Source of the DNA: Candidatus Thorarchaeota archaeon
Lineage (GTDB): Archaea; Asgardarchaeota; Thorarchaeia; Thorarchaeales; Thorarchaeaceae
Direction of reading: 5' to 3'
Length of the DNA: 63,079 nucleotides
Assembly (NCBI GenBank): GCA_003662765.1
Contig: QMYR01000001.1
Span: 1 to 63,079, forward strand
The translations under genes were made by a program, and so were the position numbers. The notes beneath the pieces were generated by a model. That model saw nothing but the letters and a program-made list of their open reading frames with translations. It did no database searches and had not been told where the DNA came from. Every line of letters begins with the position of its first letter. The first letter of the stretch is position 1. Shown here one piece after another: positions 38,335-47,408 of this stretch.

Positions 38335-39219
38335 TTACATCATGATAATTCGTTTCAGTTCCTCAGTCACGCGCAGGGCCTCATCCCAAGGACGCTGCCA
38401 GATGTTCCTCCCAAATATGAGCCCTGCTGCTCCCTGTTCCATGCAGACGCGTGCCCGTCGGAACAGCTCCTCATCGCCGATCTTGTGGCCGCCAGAGAAT
38501 ATGACCAGCGTCTTGCCTGCTGATTCTATCACCTTGCGCACACGCTCCTCAAGACTCAGGCTCAGCGAGGTATATGGTTCAGGCTGGTCCTTCCTTCGCT
38601 TGTGGTCGTCAACGGGAACATTCAACTTGACAACATCAGCACCCAGCTCACACGCAACTCGCGCCGCATAGTCTATGGCGTAGAGCGAATCGCGACCACC
38701 CTTCCGCTCTACGGCCTCGCCTCGAGGATAGGCCCACAGGATAGTAGGCATCCCATACCTATCAGCATCTGCTTTCACTCTGCGAAACTGCATGAAATCG
38801 GCATGCTGGTTCGGGCTCCCGACATAAAGTGTATAGCCGATTGCATCAGCACCGATTCGAACCGCATCTTCAACTGAGGCAGTCATTGCAGAGAGGGCGT
38901 GCGTGTCAGGAGGGATGCGAGTCTTTCCATTAGTCTTGAGGACAATCGGCACTCTGCCTGCGAATGGGCGAGCGTACTTCTCAGCAAGACCCAGATGCAG
39001 GGCGATTGCCGAGAAGCCCCCCTCTACAGCCAATCGGAACTGGAAGTTCGGGTCGATTGACTCAGGATTCGGAAAGAAGTCGACCGGGCCGTGTTCCAAG
39101 CCCTGATCAATGGGAAGAATGAGTAGACGACCGTTCCCCGGCCCATGCTCATATAGCAGTCTATGTAAGCGTACTCGTTTTCCTAGCGGCAGATAGTCGA
39201 GCTCATCAAGAACACTCAT
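38335..39219 (-). CDS. class I fructose-bisphosphate aldolase family protein (FbaB/DhnA type)
   Basis: LILPIDQGLEHGP, GADVVKLNVP (Schiff-base Lys region) and LIFGRNIWQRP. ATG at 39219 is preferred over the ORF-track start at 39369. Confidence 0.8.
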   Translation of the reverse strand: MSVLDELDYLPLGKRVRLHRLLYEHGPGNGRLLILPIDQGLEHGPVDFFPNPESIDPNFQFRLAVEGGFSAIALHLGLAEKYARPFAGRVPIVLKTNGKTRIPPDTHALSAMTASVEDAVRIGADAIGYTLYVGSPNQHADFMQFRRVKADADRYGMPTILWAYPRGEAVERKGGRDSLYAIDYAARVACELGADVVKLNVPVDDHKRRKDQPEPYTSLSLSLEERVRKVIESAGKTLVIFSGGHKIGDEELFRRARVCMEQGAAGLIFGRNIWQRPWDEALRVTEELKRIIMM

Positions 39220-39319
39220 CGAACTCACCACACAAACATCTGCAATATGACTCCGACCTATAGAAGCCTTTGTTTCGAAAGTGACAAATCGGGGCCCACC
39301 AGTAGTCATGTGAAGAAAG

Positions 39320-40147
39320 ATGACTGGAGGAAAGGTGTCAGCAACAAGGCCCGTCACTGAGGACCGCAAGCAGTACCACCTTGAGGTGGCAGAGGGCGAT
39401 GTCGCTCCGACGGTCCTGCTTCCCGGCGATCCGCAGCGGGTTGAGAAGATCAGTGCCTATTGGGATGAGGCAAGAGAGGTTGCATCGCACAGGCAGTTCG
39501 TGACGCATACAGGCAGGTACAAGGGAGCCCCCATCTCCGCATGTTCGACGGGTATTGGAGGTCCGGGGACTGCCATTGTTATTGAAGAGCTGGCAAATGT
39601 GGGGGCAAGAAACTTCATTCGTGTCGGCTCCACAGCCACACTCAAAAGCGACATCGAATTGGGAGATCTCATCATCTCGACGAGCGCAGTTCGCTTGGAG
39701 GGAACAAGTCGTCAATATGTTCGTCCAGAGTATCCAGCGTCTGCCTCTTATGAGGTCGTTCTTGCCCTTGTTGAGGCGGCCGAGTCACTTGGACTCAGGT
39801 ATCATCTGGGTATATCCGCATCTACTGACTCGTTCTATCTCGGTCAGTCGCGGCCGGGCTTCAACGGGTACGTCCAGACAATGAGCGAGAATCTCATCAA
39901 GGACCTGACCAGAGCCAACGTAGCGAACTTCGAGATGGAGGCGGCAACCCTATTCACACTGGGGAATATCTACGGTTTTCGTACAGGCGCCGTATGCGCA
40001 GTCTATGCCAACCGCACAAGGGACGAGTTCGCCGTCAGAGGAGAAGATGATGTCATCAGATGTGGCAACGAAGCAGTGAAAATTCTTGCTGAGATTGACG
40101 AGGAGAAGAGTGCGGCTGGAAAGAGGTACTGGTTTCGGGGTCTCTGA
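39320..40147 (+). CDS. nucleoside phosphorylase (uridine phosphorylase-like, PNP/UDP family 1)
   Basis: VLLPGDPQRVEKIS, STGIGGPGTAIVIEEL and FEMEAATLF. Confidence 0.85.
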   Translation: MTGGKVSATRPVTEDRKQYHLEVAEGDVAPTVLLPGDPQRVEKISAYWDEAREVASHRQFVTHTGRYKGAPISACSTGIGGPGTAIVIEELANVGARNFIRVGSTATLKSDIELGDLIISTSAVRLEGTSRQYVRPEYPASASYEVVLALVEAAESLGLRYHLGISASTDSFYLGQSRPGFNGYVQTMSENLIKDLTRANVANFEMEAATLFTLGNIYGFRTGAVCAVYANRTRDEFAVRGEDDVIRCGNEAVKILAEIDEEKSAAGKRYWFRGL

Positions 40148-40154
40148 AACGGTG

Positions 40155-41969
40155 TCACTTGCCGACGTAGTAATACTCACCAGCAGCCTTCTGCTGGGTG
40201 TCCAGCTGAGAACCCTCTTTGTTGACACGAGGCCGGCCGGTCTGCGGGTCCCGACGGAAGGTCACACCCATATCCTTGAGGAACATGTTCATACCCTTCC
40301 TCAGAGTCATCACCGATGAGGCAACACCCTTTTTCCCGGGAATGCCGCTGAAGACCACCATGCTATCACTCAGGTAATCAGCCATGAGAATAGAGTGCTC
40401 GACGACAAAGGCTGTCTTCCGGCCGCTCTGAATCATTCGCCTGATGGCACGCGATGCTGCAAGCCGCTGCTCAACATCAAGAAAGGCCGACGGCTCGTCG
40501 AACAGATAGATGTCAGCATCCCGCGCAAGACACGCTGCTATCGCCGCCCGCTGCATTTCGCCGCCACTCAGGTCGGTGATTGCATGATCCAAGAGGTTCT
40601 CAAGCTCCAACCGCCGAAGCACCGTTGTACGAAAGTCTGCCGTGTCGACAACGCTCCCGCCCGCCTCGCGAAGATACATCCGTAGAGTTCCCGGAAAATC
40701 CTGCTCGATGTACTGAGGCTTGTAGGACACCCGCAACTCTGTCCCACTCACAGTCTGCTTTGGGACCTCACCCTCGTCGGGCTCGATTATGCCTGCGAGC
40801 ATCTTTACGAAAGTGGTCTTTCCAATCCCGTTCGGCCCAAGGATTCCCACAATCTGTCCACGGGCGACCCGACCTCCCTTCACAGTGAGCTCAAAGTCCT
40901 CGAATCTCTTTCTCATGTCGCCGTACTCAAGCAGAGTTTCTGCGCCCACGAACTCCTCATCCTCTGAGGTCATGCCCTTGAATGAGATTGAGGTGTCGCG
41001 GAAACGCATGTTCTCACTGGGGATGAACCCGTCAAGGAAGATATTGATGCCAACCCTTGTACTGTGAGGATGTGACACGATGCCGTAGACTCCTGGCTCG
41101 CCATAGAACATGCAGACAAGATCTGACACGTAGTCGAGAATTGATAGGTCGTGCTCGACAACCACAACAGTCTTGCCTAGGTCAGACAGATGGCGAATGG
41201 CTCGGCCCACACGAAGGCGTTCCCGCACATCAAGATATGCAGTCGGCTCGTCGAAGAAGTAGATATCACCCTCTCGAACTATTGCAGCCGTGACTGCCAC
41301 GCGTTGTAGCTCGCCGCCGCTCAGAAACTTGATGGGGCGATCCCAAATCTCGCCTAGACCCATGTCGTCCTTCAACTCATCAAGACGACCTGACGAGTCA
41401 GCCGATTCCAACAGCTCGCTGATGGGACGATCTGCGATGGACTTCACCTTCGGAAGATCAGTGATTGACTGCGGTTTGTGCACCGCCGTGATAGAGCCAT
41501 CCCGCATCTTCTCGAAGAATGGTTGTAGTTCCGAACCCCGATACTGAAGGATTATCTCGTCCCAGTCGGGTGGGTCATCCGGTCGTCCAAGGTTCGGCTT
41601 CAGCTCCCCTGCAAGAATGCGAATCGCAGTTGTCTTTCCCACGCCGTTCGGGCCTATCAGTCCAAGTACCCGGCCCTCCTTTGGTAAGGGGAGCCTGAAC
41701 AACTGGAATCCGTTGACTCCATATCTGTGACTGGAGTCGGTTTCAAGCTTTTCTGGCAAGTTCACGATGCTGATGACATGATAGGGGCACTTTCTGACGC
41801 ATATGCCCTCACCAGAACAGAGCTCCTCGACGATGACGGGAGGTTTGTCTGGCCCGTCGGGAAACACGACTGTTTCATCGCCTGTACGGACGCGCGGACA
41901 GAACCTGCGGCATTCGTGAGAACAGTCCTTCGGTCGGCACCGCTGTCTGTCGATGACTGCAATTCGCAT
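40155..41969 (-). CDS. abce1: ABCE1 (RNase L inhibitor) ribosome-recycling ATPase
   Basis: N-terminal Fe-S domain (CRPKDCSHECRRFCP, CSGEGICVRKCP). Two ABC cassettes (GLIGPNGVGKTT/LSGGELQR and GILGPNGIGKTT/LSGGEMQR). GGTGA Shine-Dalgarno sequence upstream. Confidence 0.95.
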   Translation of the reverse strand: MRIAVIDRQRCRPKDCSHECRRFCPRVRTGDETVVFPDGPDKPPVIVEELCSGEGICVRKCPYHVISIVNLPEKLETDSSHRYGVNGFQLFRLPLPKEGRVLGLIGPNGVGKTTAIRILAGELKPNLGRPDDPPDWDEIILQYRGSELQPFFEKMRDGSITAVHKPQSITDLPKVKSIADRPISELLESADSSGRLDELKDDMGLGEIWDRPIKFLSGGELQRVAVTAAIVREGDIYFFDEPTAYLDVRERLRVGRAIRHLSDLGKTVVVVEHDLSILDYVSDLVCMFYGEPGVYGIVSHPHSTRVGINIFLDGFIPSENMRFRDTSISFKGMTSEDEEFVGAETLLEYGDMRKRFEDFELTVKGGRVARGQIVGILGPNGIGKTTFVKMLAGIIEPDEGEVPKQTVSGTELRVSYKPQYIEQDFPGTLRMYLREAGGSVVDTADFRTTVLRRLELENLLDHAITDLSGGEMQRAAIAACLARDADIYLFDEPSAFLDVEQRLAASRAIRRMIQSGRKTAFVVEHSILMADYLSDSMVVFSGIPGKKGVASSVMTLRKGMNMFLKDMGVTFRRDPQTGRPRVNKEGSQLDTQQKAAGEYYYVGK

Positions 41970-42012
41970 CTGATCTCACCTGCCAGTGATTGCTCAACTC
42001 GGAGTGCGTCGC

Positions 42013-42018
42013 TTTATA
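42013..42018 (-). promoter_or_regulatory. TATA box (TATAAA) for abce1
   Basis: Within the near-palindrome GCGCTATAAAGCG, 44-49 nt upstream of the ABCE1 ATG. This leaves room for a ~20-nt leader carrying GGTGA. Confidence 0.45.
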
Positions 42019-42434
42019 GCGCTTTGGCTTCGATACGGCCAGTTGGAAAACCTTTTGTGTTGACAACAGAGGATGAGCCATGGAAGTGACATCATGGGAC
42101 TGCTTGACCACATGCTCGAGATTCTTGGCCACCGACACAGCCTCCGAGAGGCAATCGCTCAACCCAATGATCTCATGCGGCTGATTCAACAGGTACATCG
42201 GAGGACACTTCTCAGGCTGACGGGCAAGCTCCCAATGAGTACAGTGCCATTGACGCAAGCCGGGAACACCACTGGATGCTCTCCCACCACATCAACATCA
42301 TTGGTCCGCAGGCTCGCAAGAAGAGGCATGTCATGATCAGTGCAAGTGGACAATTGCTCGGGATGATGATCACTTACAAATGGCGAGCGACTCATCAACG
42401 TGATGACCCAATAAACCGCAATCTGACCGGGCAT
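42014..42434 (-). pseudogene. possible disrupted gene (two overlapping minus-strand ORFs related by a -1 shift), or non-coding spacer
   Basis: ORFs 42186-42434 (...DHHPEQLSTCTDHDMPLLASLRTNDVDVVGEHPVVFPAC...) and 41875-42258 (...HCTHWELARQPEKCPPMYLLNQPHEIIGLSDCLSEAVSVAKNLEHVVKQ...) both look protein-like. They overlap by 73 nt in different frames, and the second runs through the abce1 promoter and start. Confidence 0.25.
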
Positions 42435-42475
42435 TGCTCTGAGCTGCGGGCGAGAGGCGCGAGGTCGAATCTCCG

Positions 42476-42892
42476 TTGAGTCCCTTTCAATGTAACCACG
42501 ACGGCAGCTGCAGCAAGGTGCGACTCTGTTGTATTGAAACCGAGATGACGTTGACGCGCAAAGATGTCGAGCGTATTGAGAAGCGGGGCTATACTCGTGC
42601 TGAGTTTGTTGTTCGCTCGGAGGACGGGTTCTGCGAACTCAGAAACGTTGACGGGCATTGCTACTTCTACGATCCAGACACGCTGCTATGCACGATATAC
42701 GAAGACAGGCCCGAGGGCTGTCGATACTACCCAGTCATCTATGACATGCGCAAGAGAAGGTGTGTCGTTGACAGGGACTGCCCCTCTAGGGAAACAATGT
42801 CGCGACAAGAGGTCAGAAAGGTGTGCAATAAGGTACGGAAGCTCGTGGAAACTCTTGTCAGGGAGGCGAAGTTCCATGATGGACCGTGCTGA
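42476..42892 (+). CDS. YkgJ-family (UPF0153) Cys-rich zinc/iron-binding protein
   Basis: FQCNHDGSCSKVRLCC near the N-terminus, then CYFYD...CTIYEDRPEGCRYYP. TTG start. Confidence 0.6.
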   Translation: MSPFQCNHDGSCSKVRLCCIETEMTLTRKDVERIEKRGYTRAEFVVRSEDGFCELRNVDGHCYFYDPDTLLCTIYEDRPEGCRYYPVIYDMRKRRCVVDRDCPSRETMSRQEVRKVCNKVRKLVETLVREAKFHDGPC

Positions 42893-43718
42893 CCTACATA
42901 CTCACTCGAACTGGTCCGATGGAGTTCATCGACCGTCCTTCATCGTCAAGACGGCCGTCAGTCTGGGACTTGGAGGTGTCGCCCTGACTGATCATGACAC
43001 GGTGGGGGGGCTAAGGGAGTTTCTCGCGACCGAAACTTCCTCCGAGATTGTCAGGGTGCCCGGGATTGAGATAAGCACAGAGTCGGTTGGTGGGGAGGCG
43101 CACCTTCTTGGCTATTTTGTCCCGCCGGACGCCAGAGAGTTGGAACAAGAACTCCACAGATTCAAAGAGATTCGCAGAGCTAGGTTTTCAAAGATGGTGA
43201 GTCGGTTGCGTGAGTTGGGGATTGTTCTCGACTCAGAAAGAGTGGAGCACACGATGAGTGAGATTGATGTTCCGGGGCGGCCTCATCTTGCAAGGTTGCT
43301 TGTTGAAGCAGGCTACGCGAAGAACACGGATGAGGCGTTTGAGAGGTTTCTCGGAAAAGGAAGACCAGCGTATGTCAAAAGAGAACTGATTGAGATACAT
43401 AGAGGAATTGACCTGCTGAGGTCGATTGGCGCGGTGCCTGTGCTCGCACATCCTCTCATAGTGCGGATAGACGACCTCACAGAGTTTCTCAGAGATCTCA
43501 AACAGCACGGCCTGGTTGGCGTAGAAACTGAGTACAAGTATACTAGCGTGAACACGCCACTCAGTCCCCACGAGCTGAGAAGCATTGTCAAGAAACTGGG
43601 CCTCATAATGACGGGTGGAAGCGATTACCATGATGCAGAGTCTCACGCCCAGCTTGGGGAGGTAACATGCCCAATCGAAACCATTGAGGAACTACGGAAG
43701 GTAGCTGATGAGCTGTGA
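42876..43718 (+). CDS. PHP-domain phosphoesterase (TrpH/YciV-like)
   Basis: MMDRADLHTHSNWSDG...VALTDHDTVGG...GGSDYHD. The ATG at 42876 overlaps the YkgJ gene end by 17 nt. The ORF-track N-terminal 104 aa are an out-of-frame read through the ykgJ-like gene. Confidence 0.8.
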   Translation: MMDRADLHTHSNWSDGVHRPSFIVKTAVSLGLGGVALTDHDTVGGLREFLATETSSEIVRVPGIEISTESVGGEAHLLGYFVPPDARELEQELHRFKEIRRARFSKMVSRLRELGIVLDSERVEHTMSEIDVPGRPHLARLLVEAGYAKNTDEAFERFLGKGRPAYVKRELIEIHRGIDLLRSIGAVPVLAHPLIVRIDDLTEFLRDLKQHGLVGVETEYKYTSVNTPLSPHELRSIVKKLGLIMTGGSDYHDAESHAQLGEVTCPIETIEELRKVADEL

Positions 43719-44235
43719 GGTGGGCTGCATGGAACGGCGATTCGTCGTTGATGCAATGCTCGGGCGTCTAGCCCTATGGCTGCGACTCACAGGCAATGAT
43801 GCACTCTACTCGCCTCAGACCGATGACAACGAGCTGATCAGCACTGCGCAACGCGAAGATAGGATACTGCTCACCTCAGACAAGGACCTCTACAGAAGGG
43901 CCGAAAAAACGGGCATCACAGCGATGCTCGTTAGAGGCAATGTCGACAGTGAGATCGCACAGGTCTTTGCAGCATTTGGCATCCCTGCCCGGGTGGATCC
44001 GAATACTGCTCGTTGTTCGAAGTGTAACGGCCCGCTGACCCACCTGAAGGGACCGGACAAGGAACGAGTGAGGAACCTAGTGCACGAGCAGACGTACAAC
44101 TACTATGACGAGTTCTGGCTATGCGAAGACTGCGGCAGCGTCTACTTTCAGGGAGGATACTGGAGAAACATCACAGAATACATGGACCGAATCGCCCGAA
44201 TGATCTCTGAGATGAACAATCAGTCACGGTCATGA
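43708..44235 (+). CDS. Mut7-C (PIN-like) RNase domain protein with zinc ribbon
   Basis: RFVVDAMLGRLALWLRLTGNDALY, ILLTSDKDL, CSKCNGPL...WLCEDCGSVYFQGGYW. Overlaps the PHP gene end by 11 nt (alternative ATG at 43729). Confidence 0.7.
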   Translation: MSCEVGCMERRFVVDAMLGRLALWLRLTGNDALYSPQTDDNELISTAQREDRILLTSDKDLYRRAEKTGITAMLVRGNVDSEIAQVFAAFGIPARVDPNTARCSKCNGPLTHLKGPDKERVRNLVHEQTYNYYDEFWLCEDCGSVYFQGGYWRNITEYMDRIARMISEMNNQSRS

Positions 44236-44690
44236 GAGGGTTCTTCTCGGACAGACACGTCGAACTCGAAGGGAATGCAATTCGAGATGGTTCGAACCAC
44301 ATGGCAATACTCTCTCATGAGCTCTACGCATCGCCTACCGACATCGAGTTCGTCTTCTCCCACCACGACTTCGCCTTCAATCTTGATTCCTACAATCTTG
44401 TAGCCTTGGCCGTCAAAATGGACATCTGCGGTTCCCCGAAGCTTGAAAGAGAGGAGTTCCATCTCGAAGCGACGCTGGAAGTCAAGGAACGTGTTGTTCA
44501 AACATCCAAGTACAGACGACACAAAGAGTTCATCGGGACACAGACCCTCACCGCGACCGCCGTAAGTCTTAGGCGTGTCGAGTATCAGAGTATGTCCCTC
44601 TCCCGTGCGTGCCGTTGCACCGGTCTTGCCGTCCCACTCCGTTTCAGCAGTATACTGTAGATGTTCAGGATATCTTGACTTGAGCCTCAT
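44220..44690 (-). CDS. OsmC/Ohr-family peroxiredoxin-like protein
   Basis: GLCPDELFVSSVLGC and a second conserved Cys region (REYCHVVRT). 156 aa. Confidence 0.8.
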   Translation of the reverse strand: MRLKSRYPEHLQYTAETEWDGKTGATARTGEGHTLILDTPKTYGGRGEGLCPDELFVSSVLGCLNNTFLDFQRRFEMELLSFKLRGTADVHFDGQGYKIVGIKIEGEVVVGEDELDVGRRCVELMREYCHVVRTISNCIPFEFDVSVREEPSHDRD

Positions 44691-44808
44691 CGCAAATCAT
44701 CGGCCTGTGAGGAGGGAGCGGATTAAGGCGTTGTGGTGACGCACTCCACTGCCGCTACTCAGGAAGTGATTTAAACTCGGCAACGGATGCCGCGGTCGGA
44801 GTTATGTC

Positions 44809-45852
44809 ATGAAGCGCAGAATGATGGCCGCCCTGTACTACGGAATCGGCGATGTCCGATACGAGGAAACGGATGTACCTGAGATAGGACCTGGTGAGAT
44901 TCTCGTCAAGGTGGGGGCCGCTCTGACTTGTGGCACCGACATCAAGACCTACAAGAGGGGTCATCCTCTGCTCATCAAGAACACTCCCGCACCTTTTGGG
45001 CATGAGTACGCAGGCATAGTCGAGGAGGTGGGCGAGGGGGTGACGCAATTCGAGCCGGGAATGAGAGTGGTGGCCACCAACTCCGCACCCTGCGGCCATT
45101 GTTTCTTCTGCAAGCGAGGACGCCCCAACCTCTGCCCTAGTCTCAAGGAGAGTCTGGTGAATGGGGCATTTGCTGAGTACATCCGTGTTCCTGCACCTGT
45201 TGTCCGCTGGAACACGCATCAAATCCCCGACACACTCTCATTTCAAGACGCAGCATTGACCGAACCATTGGCGTGCGTAGCGCACGGCATCGAGGAGTCT
45301 GGAATACAGCTTGGCGACACGGTCGCAATCATTGGAGCAGGACCTATAGGCCAGATGATGATAATGCTCGCGAAGAAGGCGGGTGCATCAACTGTAATAG
45401 TGTCGGACCTGGCAGAACTGCGACGCGACATGGCACGGCGCTCGGGCGCAGATATAGTCATTGATCCCTCGAGGGAGGACCCAGTTGATAGAGTGAAATC
45501 AGAAACGGGCGGTTACGGGGCGGATGTCGTCATTGAGGCAGTGGGGCTACGAGTGACATGGGAACAGGCTGTGAATATGACCCGGGACGCAGGCACAACG
45601 GTCCTCTTTGGAGGAGCAGCAGCAGGGACAAGATTTGAGGTTGATACAACGAGATTTCATTACGGCCAACTCACACTGAAAGGGGTGTTTCACCTCACGC
45701 CCAAGCATGTCGAGCAGGCTCTCAGGTTGATTATCGCGGGGGACATCAAGACAGACGTACTGATTTCGCATCAGATGCCACTGTCCGAAATCAACCGGGC
45801 GTTGGAGATGATGAGCAGAGGGGAGAGCATGAAGATTGCCATCATCCCGTGA
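44809..45852 (+). CDS. zinc-dependent medium-chain alcohol/polyol dehydrogenase
   Basis: GHEYAGIVEEVGEGV, structural-zinc Cys cluster CGHCFFCKRGRPNLC, Rossmann motif IIGAGPIGQ. Confidence 0.9.
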   Translation: MKRRMMAALYYGIGDVRYEETDVPEIGPGEILVKVGAALTCGTDIKTYKRGHPLLIKNTPAPFGHEYAGIVEEVGEGVTQFEPGMRVVATNSAPCGHCFFCKRGRPNLCPSLKESLVNGAFAEYIRVPAPVVRWNTHQIPDTLSFQDAALTEPLACVAHGIEESGIQLGDTVAIIGAGPIGQMMIMLAKKAGASTVIVSDLAELRRDMARRSGADIVIDPSREDPVDRVKSETGGYGADVVIEAVGLRVTWEQAVNMTRDAGTTVLFGGAAAGTRFEVDTTRFHYGQLTLKGVFHLTPKHVEQALRLIIAGDIKTDVLISHQMPLSEINRALEMMSRGESMKIAIIP

Positions 45853-45885
45853 GAAGCGCTTTCTCTGCAGGGGAGAAACAGTGGT

Positions 45886-46311
45886 ATGAGAAGCAGCAGG
45901 ATTCGGAAGAGGCTGCGAGAGGAGGAGGAGAGCCTGCTCCGGCTTCTTCGCGGACTTCATGTTTCCTATCCGGGACTAGTTGTCGTAGTGGAGGGGCGCC
46001 GGGATGAGGAAGTACTCAGGGATTTGGGCGTGGAGGCACCAATCAGGCGGATGCACTCGGGGAGGAGTATCCACGAGTTTGTTGACGAGCTTGCTCAAGA
46101 ACAGCCCGCCGCCGTACTCGTTCTCGTAGACTTTGATAGCGAGGGCAGGAGCTTGGCGAAACGCATAGAGTCTGCACTTCAACAGAAACGTATCCAAGTG
46201 GAAAAACGTCTGCGCCTGCAGATCAGGTCACTCATGGGGAACCTTCGATGCATCGAGGAGCTTGTAGCCGTGTTACACATCGCGGACCGCCAGCAGAGAC
46301 GGTACGAGTGA
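45886..46311 (+). CDS. small Toprim-domain protein (UPF0292-like)
   Basis: VVVVEGRRDEEVLRDLGV (Toprim Glu) and VLVDFDSEGRSLAKR (DxD). Confidence 0.7.
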   Translation: MRSSRIRKRLREEEESLLRLLRGLHVSYPGLVVVVEGRRDEEVLRDLGVEAPIRRMHSGRSIHEFVDELAQEQPAAVLVLVDFDSEGRSLAKRIESALQQKRIQVEKRLRLQIRSLMGNLRCIEELVAVLHIADRQQRRYE

Positions 46312-46316
46312 CAATG

Positions 46317-47348
46317 TTACTGTATTGTGGAACCACAGTTGCTGCAGATGTAGCTTCCTGGGGGAATCTCGTGCCCACATACCCGACATATGCGGGCCTG
46401 ACGAGTGCGGAGCGCATCAACTACTTCGCCTGTCTGTGGAATCAGAATGAACTTGCCGTCCTCGTAAGTGATTCTGAACTCCGTTGGGTTACCTGCCTTC
46501 TCCAAGAGATCTGTGGGCATTGGTAGTCGATAATTGTTGTCTAGGCGCACGATTCGTGTGTTGCCTAGCGTGTCAAGATCAATCCCAGCCTGGTGGAAAC
46601 CAGATATGATGCCGTCGCGAATCTCTACTGTGATGTCCGCCTTGGATGCTACCTGCTGGCTATGGGTGACAATGAAGAATGACGTCCCCAGTGTTTCGTT
46701 GAGTTCCTGAAAGAGGTCGAGAATCCGCTCTGCAGTTTCCGGGTCAAGGTCACCTGTCGGCTCATCACAGAGAACAAGACCCTTGCCCTCTGTGTCAATC
46801 AGGTTCACAAGCGCACTTGCAATTGCAACACGGGACCGCTCACCGCCACTCAGAGCCGTGGCCTTGCTGCGCTTGCGTTCCTCAAGGCCGACCAGCCTAA
46901 TCAGGCGGTCCACCCGCTCCTTGCGGACACTACGCGGCACTCCTGCTATGCGTGCAGCCAGCTCTACATTCTGCCAAGCGTTCAGATGTGGAAGCAGATT
47001 GTTGACCTGAAAGACAAACCCGATGAAGTTCCTTCTGGCCTCTGTGAGAACACGCTCGGAGAGCTTCGTGATGTCAGTCCTCAGGTTCGCCCAATACACC
47101 TTACCGACAGTGGCCTTTGTAATGCCGCCGATGATGTTGGTCAGGGTGGTCTTGCCAGAGCCGCTCGGCCCGACCACACACATAATCTTGCCCTCCAGTA
47201 TCTGAAGGGACACGCCGCTCAGAGCCACAACCTCAAGTTCTGCGGTCTTGTATATCTTGTAGACGTTGTCTACGCTCACCACAACATCATCAGGAAAGTC
47301 GCCATAGAAGTCGAGCTGCTCTGTGACTTTCATCGGGCTCACAGGCAC
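46317..47348 (-). CDS. ABC ATPase (MacB/LolD-type) fused to a C-terminal AbrB/SpoVT-like segment and zinc ribbon
   Basis: GPSGSGKTT, LSGGERSRVAIASAL and LVLCDEPTGDLD. The C-terminal ~80 aa read TRIVRLDNNYRLPMPTDLLEKAGNPTEFRITYEDGKFILIPQ followed by CRVCGHEIPPGSYICSNCG. Confidence 0.9.
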   Translation of the reverse strand: MPVSPMKVTEQLDFYGDFPDDVVVSVDNVYKIYKTAELEVVALSGVSLQILEGKIMCVVGPSGSGKTTLTNIIGGITKATVGKVYWANLRTDITKLSERVLTEARRNFIGFVFQVNNLLPHLNAWQNVELAARIAGVPRSVRKERVDRLIRLVGLEERKRSKATALSGGERSRVAIASALVNLIDTEGKGLVLCDEPTGDLDPETAERILDLFQELNETLGTSFFIVTHSQQVASKADITVEIRDGIISGFHQAGIDLDTLGNTRIVRLDNNYRLPMPTDLLEKAGNPTEFRITYEDGKFILIPQTGEVVDALRTRQARICRVCGHEIPPGSYICSNCGSTIQ

Positions 47349-47408
47349 CTCCGACTACGAGCCGTTGATAAGGTTATTGAGTTACGCAGTATGTTCTCAC
47401 CATTGCTA

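Noticed and set aside
42564-42875. 104-aa N-terminal extension of the PHP-domain ORF in the ORF track.
   Set aside because: It is an alternative-frame read through the YkgJ-like gene with junk-like composition. The conserved PHP start MMDRADLHTHS begins at 42876.
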